Part shown: one piece after another, positions 52,015 through 60,411 of the stretch
Layout: every line of letters begins with the position of its first letter
Position numbering within the stretch: position 1 is the first letter of the stretch
IMG/VR virus record: IMGVR_UViG_3300032286_001377
Coordinates: 51,552-115,551 of that record
From: a virus
DNA: 64,000 bases
Direction: 5' to 3' (one strand)
Translations under genes and position numbers: made by a program
The notes under the pieces: generated by a model
Seen by the model: only the letters and a program-made list of their open reading frames with translations
The model's database searches: none
Told to the model about the DNA's origin: nothing

Positions 52015-52787
52015 CAGATTCCAACCTCGGCAGAAACTATAACTTTATATTTGTAACCAGATTCAAAATAATCCTTACCGTCTATATAATAGACTGGAGT
52101 CGCTTCTATCGACGGAAAATCAATATAAACTATAGGCCTCCAAGAATGCATAGAGATCTGAGTCTCAACTTTTTCCCAACGGGCTGGAGTCTTTTGAATT
52201 TTTTTTCGAAGTACCTTGAAATATTGAGAAGTCATAAAGTTTGATGCTGGTCTAACATTGAAACTAATTATTACTCTTCCATTATTTTCATCTTGATTTA
52301 TATAAAATTCTCCAGAACTAGGAGAGACTGATTCAATATAAAAGTTAGGATTTTTTGCTAAAATTTGATATCCGGTTTCGATGCCCGATCTTACAGATTT
52401 ATCCTCAATAAGTACTTCATTAACAATTGTACCTTTTTGCCCCTCCAGTTGAGTTGGGGTAGCAGATTCGACAGCTGAAGTAAATTTAATTTTCTCTTCA
52501 TCAACAACATAGCCTGAAGAGTCAACTATATTAACTGCCCTAATAACATAACTAGTGTTACTTGCTAAAATAGCGTTCCAGTATAGAGTTAATGTACGAT
52601 TAATCTGATTATAATCAGTTAATGTTTGGATTGTTTTAAACGGAGAAGATATTTGCGAAGGAGTTGCAGAATCGGTTTGAACTATAAAATTAGCATTAAC
52701 GAGGGACGATATCTTAACCGTTCGTCCAAATTTTATGACAACAGTGTTAGTGCTAACTATTGCATTATCGATAAGATATAAAGCCAT
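52014..52787 (-). CDS. Ig-like domain virion protein (head/neck decoration)
   Basis: Two beta-sandwich segments (VVIKF..NFIV..TLTL..LASNTSYVI; IESVSP..VIISFN..YKYKVIVS); follows the MCP terminator. Confidence 0.55.
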   Translation of the reverse strand: MALYLIDNAIVSTNTVVIKFGRTVKISSLVNANFIVQTDSATPSQISSPFKTIQTLTDYNQINRTLTLYWNAILASNTSYVIRAVNIVDSSGYVVDEEKIKFTSAVESATPTQLEGQKGTIVNEVLIEDKSVRSGIETGYQILAKNPNFYIESVSPSSGEFYINQDENNGRVIISFNVRPASNFMTSQYFKVLRKKIQKTPARWEKVETQISMHSWRPIVYIDFPSIEATPVYYIDGKDYFESGYKYKVIVSAEVGI

Positions 52788-52804
52788 TTGATCTCCAAAC
52801 TAAT

Positions 52805-52820
52805 AACTATATAAATAGTA
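52805..52820 (-). promoter_or_regulatory. Candidate late promoter TACTATTTATATAGTT (copy 1)
   Basis: Identical 16-mer at 59229-59244. In both copies TACTAT lies the same distance from the ATG, with a GGAG RBS between. Confidence 0.6.
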
Positions 52821-52834
52821 ATTAGACTTAATAG

Positions 52835-52877
52835 AAAGCAAAAGGGACGGCAGAATTGCTTCTACCGTCCCTTCGCT
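52835..52877 (-). terminator. Strong intrinsic terminator after the major capsid gene
   Basis: Minus strand AAGGGACGGTAGAA-GCAA-TTCTGCCGTCCCTT (14-bp stem, GNRA loop) running into a T-rich tail. Confidence 0.9.
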
Positions 52878-52923
52878 TCAGGGTGTTAATCGTAACTATA
52901 ACGCCCTAAGGTTTTGCTATTGA

Positions 52924-53997
52924 TCAGAGGCCACCAGCGGTTGCTTCGTTTGTAAGCTGAACTTCGTAGTTACGAACCAGTCTAACATTCTTAGCCACAG
53001 TAATACCTTCACCATCACCTAGCATGACGATGTCATACCGCTCCTTCATCTTCAGCTGACGGATATCACGGCTAGGATCATCAAACTGATCTGTGCTCAT
53101 GTCATCCTTCACAAGAAGACTGCCAACCTCATTGCGGTCGATAAGGAATACGTCAGACTTAGCGGCTAGTTCAAAACCTGTTCCACTCTTAGCAGTAAAG
53201 CTTACGAATGGAGAAACTAGAACGTTAAGACCCATAGGTGCAGTAGCATTTAGTACTCCATCCTTTGAAGTTGGACGGAGACCCCAGCTAACATTAGCTG
53301 AAGCGCCTTCTGCATGGAAGATTGCGTCCTTAAGGAAGAGTGACCACATTAGTGGGTGAAGTATGAAATCGGTGGGGACATGGTTTTCAGCCATTAGTAC
53401 AGCTGCCATATCCACGATGTCATCCCATGTGATGGTCTTGTTAAATGCACCGGTTAGATCACGGCCGGTAGTGTCATCATAGCTGCCACTGTCATTGTCA
53501 TAAACAATGCTAGCAGCATCCTTGAAGCGTGAAAGAGCGATCTGCTCCTTAAGACGAGCCATTGCCCGCCCAGCAGCACGTACGTGCATGCCAACAATGT
53601 CCCAAAGGGAGTCAGCAATTACTTCTTCAGTGAAAGCTAACTTTACACCTTTCTTAGAGACCTTGCCTTCAATTTGCTTTGCAAAGGCGAGTGCCTGTTC
53701 TGGATATTCTTGTCCTTCGGGAATCTCTGCTGCTTGAATTGCATTGACTGCTGGGAACTCCAATGAGCGCCCCTTGCCGAGGCGAACCACTGAGAGAAGA
53801 GGAGTCACCAGTAATTGTGGCTCAGCCGCTTCTCTTAGAGTGCGTGAAATAACCTTGGGGAACAGCGCTGCTGCATCAGGTGATGCAAAAGCTTCTTTAA
53901 TTGTTACCCGGTTATCTACGTCGATGTACCCGTCCTCAGTCAGTGCAGTCTCCCAAGCAGGGAGACCCGAGAGGAGCTCTTGGATTGTTTTACTCAT
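52924..53997 (-). CDS. Major capsid protein (HK97 fold)
   Basis: AAEIPEGQEYP..KKGVKLAFTEEVIADSLWDI..AGRAMARLKEQ..ILHP..KERYD is an HK97-type pattern; GGAGG RBS; higher GC; strong terminator downstream. Confidence 0.92.
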   Translation of the reverse strand: MSKTIQELLSGLPAWETALTEDGYIDVDNRVTIKEAFASPDAAALFPKVISRTLREAAEPQLLVTPLLSVVRLGKGRSLEFPAVNAIQAAEIPEGQEYPEQALAFAKQIEGKVSKKGVKLAFTEEVIADSLWDIVGMHVRAAGRAMARLKEQIALSRFKDAASIVYDNDSGSYDDTTGRDLTGAFNKTITWDDIVDMAAVLMAENHVPTDFILHPLMWSLFLKDAIFHAEGASANVSWGLRPTSKDGVLNATAPMGLNVLVSPFVSFTAKSGTGFELAAKSDVFLIDRNEVGSLLVKDDMSTDQFDDPSRDIRQLKMKERYDIVMLGDGEGITVAKNVRLVRNYEVQLTNEATAGGL

Positions 53998-54031
53998 CTT
54001 AGGATTAATCCTCCTGTGTTATATTTGTTTA

Positions 54032-54802
54032 TCAGAGTGTGAGATTGACACGGAATGCGCCAATAACATTTGTTACGTCCAGGTTTGCACGAATACCAAG
54101 CTTGCCGCTGTAGGTACCGGTACGGGTTAGCTCATATACAGTCTTCAATGCACCTGGATCTGAAGGAAGCTGCATGTAGCTGAGTAAACCATCATCGAAA
54201 TTGGTAGCGAACTTCTCAACTTCAATGACCTTGCCAACCTGAATCCACGGATATGTGCCAGCATCGCTTGTGCTAAGTGCTACTGGACGACCCATGTTGT
54301 CGGCGCGGACTAGACTTCCAACGGCTACGTCAGCATTAATGCCGTTAACCATTGGATACTCTACGTATCCGTGAGTGATGAAACCAGCACCCTGGGAAGT
54401 GCCCTTATCAAAAGGACGGTAGAGATCATACTGTGCACAACCAATCGGCACTGAGTAGGCGGGAACGCCAGGGTTAACCTGATCTGTTGCGCCAGAAGAA
54501 TATGCCGGTGTAGCACCATTCATGGGATCCCATCCGGTAGCGTTACCGTTGTCGCCCCAAACCTTAGCAGTGCCGGTACCATTAGCTGGAACGATACGAG
54601 CATCGCCACTAGCGTCTGCATAGACAGAAAGAATGGTACCCTTTGGAATTACGATTTCAAAACGATCATCTTCACTGTCAAGATACCAGGTTGGAAGACC
54701 TGGGTGAGGCAGGAGGTAGGCGCTGGGGGCTGTACCCTCAGAGACTACAAACCGACCTGCACCAGTTTTTGTCCCAACTTTACGAAATTTTGCTAAACTC
54801 AT
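54032..54802 (-). CDS. Capsid decoration/cement protein
   Basis: Between scaffold and MCP, higher GC like MCP; VIPKGTI..PIG.A.YD..GSLVRADNMGR..QVGKVI is a beta-tulip-like pattern. Confidence 0.65.
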   Translation of the reverse strand: MSLAKFRKVGTKTGAGRFVVSEGTAPSAYLLPHPGLPTWYLDSEDDRFEIVIPKGTILSVYADASGDARIVPANGTGTAKVWGDNGNATGWDPMNGATPAYSSGATDQVNPGVPAYSVPIGCAQYDLYRPFDKGTSQGAGFITHGYVEYPMVNGINADVAVGSLVRADNMGRPVALSTSDAGTYPWIQVGKVIEVEKFATNFDDGLLSYMQLPSDPGALKTVYELTRTGTYSGKLGIRANLDVTNVIGAFRVNLTL

Positions 54803-54820
54803 TTGTTATCTCCTTAAATT

Positions 54821-56407
54821 TCAGAGTTTACGTCTGCCCATTAGGGCATCTACTAGAACTTGCTCGAGAGAATCAACCGGAGAAACCACTGCCTCTTCTT
54901 CGACCTTATCGATTGTTACTACATTCTCTTCCCCATTATTAGTTTCTGCCTCAGATGTAATCTCTGGCATAGAACTAAAATCAGAAATTCTCTTACCAGT
55001 CTTGGCAGGCATCTTTGCTAGATCTCTTAAAGAATCAGCTAAAGATGAGGCTGTACGAGTAACGTGTTCAGCTAAAAGCTTTTCACGATCTTCAACAGTC
55101 TCAATACCAAGACCAATCTTAGTGTCTATAACTCTTTCAACTAGAGTCATATGTAGTGCACTTTTAAGTCTAGTATTTTCTTCTTCAAGAAGAGCAATTC
55201 TTGCCATAAGTTCAGTAGCATCATGCTCAGGGCTTTCTTCAACCTTGAGATCACTGTGCTCCTGCGCTTCTTCTTGAACATCATCCTCAGTAGAGGATGA
55301 CTCTACTAACTCTTCAGCATTTTCGGACTCTACATCTTCCTGTACATCCGCCTCTTCTGAATTGTCAGTTGAGCTCTCTTCGACTTCCTCTTCGGAAGCC
55401 ACTTCTTCTGAAACTACTACTTCCTCTGTAGAATCTTCAGACTCTTCAGCATTAGCAGCGGCTGCAGCGATATTTGATAGATCTTCACTAAGGCCTGCAG
55501 CCACAGCTAGAATATCCTCATCCTTATTGACATCGTCCATATTTTGATTCTCCTTGGAATTAATAATGTCAGAATCTTCATTAGATAGTAATGAATCAGT
55601 CTTATGAATGTCACTTTCGCTCTCATGTAGAGCCAAAGCGCTCAGGAAAGCGCCCTTCAAATGAAGATAAGTTGGCTTAGATTCTTTTTTCTTCATATCC
55701 TTAAGAACAGACGTATTGTCCTCTACTGAGGTAATATCTTCCGTTTCCATATGAAGTATAAATGCAGCGCTTTTTGCAACCCAATCGCTATGAGCAATTT
55801 CAGAACCGCCATCACTAGCTAATTTGGTTGACCTAACACCAGACTTGCTATCTGCTGGTAGATTTACAAAAGAATATTCTTTGAAAGAAATATCCTGCAT
55901 ATCTATATATGCGACTTTACCTTTGTAAACTTTTCCACGCTTATACTTAGCCATCTTTGGTCTACCAGAGCCATCTTCTTGAGCAAGATCTTCTCCAGAT
56001 ATAGAACAAACGGCTTTTCCAGCCCTTCCTCCAACTGAACCAGTCAAATATCTTTTATCTAAAACTTTTTGCGCGGCAACTGGATCAGTAATAGCAACTT
56101 GGAGTCGAACAAAAGATGAACCATCTGGATCTTTGTCCATTTTTGCGGCAATCACTCTGCCAATAGCTTCTGAATTAAGATCATGATTTAGTATAATTGG
56201 CTTAGGATAAGGCTCAACCCAAGATTGGAGAGCTTTCTCAAGCTCAGTAGCAGTATAATGATTATAATTTGATGTCAACCCTTCATGGATTGCGGCAATC
56301 TCGATAATAAGTCCGTGCTTGGAATTAAAAGATTCAGAAAAATCAATATTTGACTCAGTAAAATCAGGTAGTAGTACTGTAAAGCTCTCTACGAAATCTA
56401 ATGACAT
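54821..56407 (-). CDS. Prohead protease fused to acidic scaffold
   Basis: AAIHEG..N..Y, PIILNHD, AIGRV, YLTGSVG, CSISG, EYSFVNLPAD; then a Glu-rich linker and coiled coil. Confidence 0.88.
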   Translation of the reverse strand: MSLDFVESFTVLLPDFTESNIDFSESFNSKHGLIIEIAAIHEGLTSNYNHYTATELEKALQSWVEPYPKPIILNHDLNSEAIGRVIAAKMDKDPDGSSFVRLQVAITDPVAAQKVLDKRYLTGSVGGRAGKAVCSISGEDLAQEDGSGRPKMAKYKRGKVYKGKVAYIDMQDISFKEYSFVNLPADSKSGVRSTKLASDGGSEIAHSDWVAKSAAFILHMETEDITSVEDNTSVLKDMKKKESKPTYLHLKGAFLSALALHESESDIHKTDSLLSNEDSDIINSKENQNMDDVNKDEDILAVAAGLSEDLSNIAAAAANAEESEDSTEEVVVSEEVASEEEVEESSTDNSEEADVQEDVESENAEELVESSSTEDDVQEEAQEHSDLKVEESPEHDATELMARIALLEEENTRLKSALHMTLVERVIDTKIGLGIETVEDREKLLAEHVTRTASSLADSLRDLAKMPAKTGKRISDFSSMPEITSEAETNNGEENVVTIDKVEEEAVVSPVDSLEQVLVDALMGRRKL

Positions 56408-56443
56408 TTTTTAATCCTTTAATTAAATTTAATCTCATGAATA

Positions 56444-56449
56444 ATAGTA
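56444..56449 (-). promoter_or_regulatory. Candidate late promoter TACTAT upstream of the protease-decoration-MCP unit
   Basis: Recurring hexamer, overlapped by a 10-bp inverted repeat TAAATTTGTT/AACAAATTTA. Confidence 0.5.
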
Positions 56450-56499
56450 AATTTGTTTTTATAACATTGAACAAATTTATATGAATTTATAATGGATTA

Positions 56500-57279
56500 T
56501 TAAGCCTCAAGTAATTGAGGATTATAATCTTTATGGCGAGGATCTCCCTCACTCAAAAATCTTGTATACATATTTTGTGACATGATATGAGGAGCATAAA
56601 TGTATGAAGCAGAAAAAAGCTTAAACCCCTGCTTCAAGCACTCGTGCGACCAACCGACATCTTCACCTTGTTCGTGAACAATATAGTCAACATTTTGATA
56701 CACTTTTTTAGACATCATCTTAGCGGCCATAATCACATCACTTTGGAAATAGCTGCCAATTGGATAGCGCTGTTCGCGATAAGCTTTGTTGCTCCCATCC
56801 TTACGCCAAGACATGACACTTGGATACATGTCATAGATAGGTGTCATAAACATAAGTGGACTAACCGCATCAGCGCCAGACTTAATATGTGCAATTAAAA
56901 GTTCAAGAGTATTTGGATTTTCCAAAAGAATATCAGAATCTAAACTAAAATAAAAATCTGGTTCAACTTCTCTTGCAGTTTGAAGAAGGGAATTTCGCAA
57001 TGAAACCATATTTTGATATTTTGACAAAGTCCACTGCCGAGTATTTTCCTCATGTTGAAAATGAGGGATATCACTTCTTATCTTAATATTAAAATAAGGA
57101 ATTTCTTTACTTATATTTTTCCATACTTTTAGAATCTCAATAGTTGAAGTATCATCGGGAGAAACTTCAAAAACAAAACCTATATCAGATAGATCAATAG
57201 ATTGAGCTAGAATATCTCTAATCCAATGATGAATAATCCATTCACGCTTATAAAGCGGACAACCTAATAATATCTTCAT
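56500..57279 (-). CDS. Glycosyltransferase, GT-A fold (GT2-like)
   Basis: N-terminal ILLGCP strand, LRN, FSLDSD (DxD), GEDVGW and a C-terminal His. Confidence 0.85.
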   Translation of the reverse strand: MKILLGCPLYKREWIIHHWIRDILAQSIDLSDIGFVFEVSPDDTSTIEILKVWKNISKEIPYFNIKIRSDIPHFQHEENTRQWTLSKYQNMVSLRNSLLQTAREVEPDFYFSLDSDILLENPNTLELLIAHIKSGADAVSPLMFMTPIYDMYPSVMSWRKDGSNKAYREQRYPIGSYFQSDVIMAAKMMSKKVYQNVDYIVHEQGEDVGWSHECLKQGFKLFSASYIYAPHIMSQNMYTRFLSEGDPRHKDYNPQLLEA

Positions 57280-57545
57280 ACTTCAACTACTTGCTCCTCA
57301 GTAGTTTTTGTAGACTTTACTTTTGTCTTTGGAGTTGAATCATTCTTCTCAAAAGAATCTATTGATTCAATTTTAGAAGCAAGCGTGTTAACATGATCAA
57401 TTAACTCATTTAGTAGTTCCGCTAAAATATCTAAAGAAAGTCGGGTCTGACCATTATTGACCGCATTATTAAATGCTAAGTGTGCATCATCTGTCCGCGT
57501 ATTGCTAATCAAATTTTCATTAGATAACTTAAACTTAAGTGACAT
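57276..57545 (-). CDS. Small coiled-coil hypothetical protein
   Basis: Coupled to the portal and the GT (ATGA overlap with the GT); AAGGA RBS. Confidence 0.7.
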   Translation of the reverse strand: MSLKFKLSNENLISNTRTDDAHLAFNNAVNNGQTRLSLDILAELLNELIDHVNTLASKIESIDSFEKNDSTPKTKVKSTKTTEEQVVEV

Positions 57546-57546
57546 T

Positions 57547-59211
57547 TCATTCCTTTACATCATTTTCTTTTGTATAGACAACAGTATAGTCTTTTTCTAA
57601 AAGATTTTCAACAGCATGGAGTAGATTATTATCAGATCTCTTAATGTCAGGAGAGTTCTTTCTGCCCTGCTGATTCGCAGGACGAGTAGCATTTCCTACT
57701 CCTCTTCTGTTGTTTGGAAGATTTCTTTGACCAGCTGGAGCAGATTGCTGCTTATCGCCATTCTTAGCGACATCATTCATCTGCGTTTGCTGATCTACTT
57801 TAATCATTTGCTTTGCTTGAATTTCCGACTGTGCAGCACTGATATCAATCTGAACTCTGCCCTGAATTGCTGCAAAAAGTTCTTTATCATCAAAATCTGG
57901 ATCTAGACCAAGTTCAATTCTTGCCTCAGGTAAAGTAATAACAGAATTAGTATACTTTTGAATAACATGAGTTTCTTTCTTAACCTGAGTATCAACATCA
58001 ATCTCATTGAACTTAAAGTAGCATCTATCAGAAATGGAATCCTCAAGTGGATTGGTAACAGGATCAAATCCACCCTCCAATAAAAGCTCATTCAATATAT
58101 GAACTCTCACCATTTCAGAAAACATTTTTTGATACTGCTTCACTTTGTCGTAGAGTGCAGTATCCAATCTATCTGTAACAGATCTGTTGCCTCCGTTCAT
58201 AACCATCCCAAGATGGTGAGGAGCGACACCTAAACCAACAGCGACTCTTTCTTTAAAATGTTCCAAATAAGACGACGCATCAAGACCAGCTTTGCCTGAG
58301 TTTACAACATCAATATTATGACGATGAGGAAGTATTAAACCGCCCTCCGCTCGCATATTTTCAATCTCCATCGCTGCATTCGTGATCTCATCAGGTTCTG
58401 CTGGCTGTTCCGGAGTTCCAATCGTATATTTGTATAATGGAAAAAGTTCTCTATGTACAAGATTTTGGATATCTTCTTCCATCTGACGAAGAGCTATAAC
58501 ATCATCTAATACTGAACTTAAAAATGGTGTACCAAATGCTCTGCCAGTTTTTTTATCAGAATAAAAATGAACAACTCTATCCGCATTCCAGACTGGATCT
58601 TTTTCTGAAGGAGAATAAGTCGCCGGATCAGTCATCTGCTGATAAGACTTAGGTCTATTAAATTTATCTCGCAATATTCTTACTTGCTCAGTTGGAATAA
58701 GATAATAACCGACAACAGGCATGACACCATTGATCGACTCTAGTTTTGACGGAAAAAACTGAGAGATATCACCACGAGCTTTAACTATAAACGCATTTGC
58801 GAATTTAAATAACTGATCAGATACCTCAGTTAAAAAATCTAGAAAAGGCCTCTTCATTGCCATTTCCATAAAGTCTATTCTTTGATAGAGATAAGATACA
58901 GCTTCAGGATTTTCTCCAACTATCTTCCAACCCTCTTTCCAAAAGAGTTCACGATACTTAGATAAAGCTTGCTTGACATAAGAATCAGTATCAGCAGCCT
59001 GCATAATGCGGTCAAAATCAAAAGGAGAAGGTTCAAAGGTAGCTCTAGTATTATAATAGTACGTTGACCCCTGAAAACCAAGGGCCAACGCAGCTACCTT
59101 CATAATTTTATTTATAGAACTAATCTCTTCAGGATCTAAAGCTTTAGCTACTATTGTTTGATTAGGATTGTCAACTTGCCTAAAAGGTATAAAATCTGAA
59201 AATTTGGCCAT
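57547..59211 (-). CDS. Portal protein
   Basis: FANAFI..YYLIP..VVHF..FGTPFLSSVLDD..GLGVAP..FKFNEID..ITLPEARIELGLDP is a portal pattern; upstream of the protease. Confidence 0.88.
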   Translation of the reverse strand: MAKFSDFIPFRQVDNPNQTIVAKALDPEEISSINKIMKVAALALGFQGSTYYYNTRATFEPSPFDFDRIMQAADTDSYVKQALSKYRELFWKEGWKIVGENPEAVSYLYQRIDFMEMAMKRPFLDFLTEVSDQLFKFANAFIVKARGDISQFFPSKLESINGVMPVVGYYLIPTEQVRILRDKFNRPKSYQQMTDPATYSPSEKDPVWNADRVVHFYSDKKTGRAFGTPFLSSVLDDVIALRQMEEDIQNLVHRELFPLYKYTIGTPEQPAEPDEITNAAMEIENMRAEGGLILPHRHNIDVVNSGKAGLDASSYLEHFKERVAVGLGVAPHHLGMVMNGGNRSVTDRLDTALYDKVKQYQKMFSEMVRVHILNELLLEGGFDPVTNPLEDSISDRCYFKFNEIDVDTQVKKETHVIQKYTNSVITLPEARIELGLDPDFDDKELFAAIQGRVQIDISAAQSEIQAKQMIKVDQQTQMNDVAKNGDKQQSAPAGQRNLPNNRRGVGNATRPANQQGRKNSPDIKRSDNNLLHAVENLLEKDYTVVYTKENDVKE

Positions 59212-59228
59212 CGTTTACTCCATATAAA

Positions 59229-59244
59229 AACTATATAAATAGTA
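59229..59244 (-). promoter_or_regulatory. Candidate late promoter TACTATTTATATAGTT (copy 2), upstream of portal
   Basis: Exact match to 52805-52820; overlapped by the palindrome TAGCTTTAAAGCTA. Confidence 0.6.
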
Positions 59245-59272
59245 GCTTTAAAGCTAAATTTTTATAAGTTAA

Positions 59273-59464
59273 TCAGTTCTTCTGAAGATCTGCTTTGTTA
59301 AAAGCATTCTTGATAATAAGATCTTTAACTGCTTCAAGCCAAAAAACTGTCTCAGCTTCATTGAAGTCACTCTTGTACTGCAAGTTCTGATCAGAAATCT
59401 TAATTGTAACAGTAAACTCTTTTGGCTCTTCGCTAGCTTCTGTTTCTACATTTACATCTGACAT
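59273..59464 (-). CDS. Small hypothetical protein
   Basis: AAGGAG RBS; abuts the upstream gene. Confidence 0.75.
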   Translation of the reverse strand: MSDVNVETEASEEPKEFTVTIKISDQNLQYKSDFNEAETVFWLEAVKDLIIKNAFNKADLQKN

Positions 59465-59629
59465 TTAATTCTCCTTAGATAAATTTTTTATTTCTTCTTC
59501 TAGATTTTCAATTCTAGAAGTTAACTGTTTAATCATTGTCTCTTTAACAACAACTTCATTGGTCAAAAGCGTTATTTTTTGACTATAGCTTTGAATCAAT
59601 AAATTAATATCAATATCTTCTTGTTCCAT
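59465..59629 (-). CDS. Small coiled-coil protein (possible fibre assembly chaperone)
   Basis: Heptad pattern. Start moved to MEQED (59629), which has AGGGG upstream. Confidence 0.6.
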   Translation of the reverse strand: MEQEDIDINLLIQSYSQKITLLTNEVVVKETMIKQLTSRIENLEEEIKNLSKEN

Positions 59630-59667
59630 GATACCCCTAATTAATTGTACCATATTTAATTATGATT

Positions 59668-59685
59668 TACTATTATATCATAGTA
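59668..59685. promoter_or_regulatory. Candidate bidirectional promoter TACTAT-N6-ATAGTA
   Basis: The only divergent junction in the window carries the motif on both strands; the minus strand also reads TGATATAAT (extended -10). Confidence 0.55.
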
Positions 59686-59697
59686 CGGAGGTAGAAA

Positions 59698-60411
59698 ATG
59701 CTCAAAGATCATTCAAGTATGGAATTACAAATCGGATATTTTCATAAAATTATAGGAATCGATGATACAAAAGGATTTTTTGGTTTTTCAAAACTTATAC
59801 AGCTACAAACAGATGATCGAAATCCATTTGAAGTTGCAAAAAGATGTGATGGAGGAAAATTTGGACCTTATGGATTTCATACTTGGAATGAACTAAGTGG
59901 AGAATGTTCTTGTGGATTGAACGAAATGCCAGATATTCATTTTGGACACCATGTAATAACAATGGAAAATTTAAAATCAGTTAGTCCAATAATAACATTT
60001 TATCCACATATAATGATTCTATATTTTGAACTTAATAATGAATTAGATGAAGAATTAAGTTGTAAAAATCCACATAGTGACTGTTGTAGGACTTTGCAGG
60101 AACTGTTTAGGCTTATAATTGAATGGCACTATGCCTATGAAATATATGGAAGCCGAGAAGAAGTAGCTATAGCTTGCCATAACGTAATTACAGATGAACT
60201 AATACCTGAAAATATTCAAAATTGGATTTTACAAACTGTCCCACCACAAAAGGTAGAACGATTTTTAATGGGAGATCAACAAGCTCGAAATAGACAAGAT
60301 ATAGAATTAATTCCAGATCTTTCTATTGAATTTGACAATTGGTTAGAAGATAAGATGCTTACTAGAGTAGAACTTGGAACTTTTGAAGAAAAGTTCAATT
60401 TTCCAACTTAG
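59698..60411 (+). CDS. Cys/His-rich hypothetical protein, the only plus-strand gene
   Basis: 237 aa in an otherwise empty gap with a GGAGG RBS; its 3' end overlaps the fibre gene by 17 nt. Confidence 0.8.
   Translation: MLKDHSSMELQIGYFHKIIGIDDTKGFFGFSKLIQLQTDDRNPFEVAKRCDGGKFGPYGFHTWNELSGECSCGLNEMPDIHFGHHVITMENLKSVSPIITFYPHIMILYFELNNELDEELSCKNPHSDCCRTLQELFRLIIEWHYAYEIYGSREEVAIACHNVITDELIPENIQNWILQTVPPQKVERFLMGDQQARNRQDIELIPDLSIEFDNWLEDKMLTRVELGTFEEKFNFPT

Noticed and set aside
52810-59241. T4 late promoter consensus TATAAATA at 52810-52817 and 59234-59241
   Set aside because: It is on the plus strand, opposite to the downstream genes, and the other motif copies keep TACTAT but not TATAAATA.
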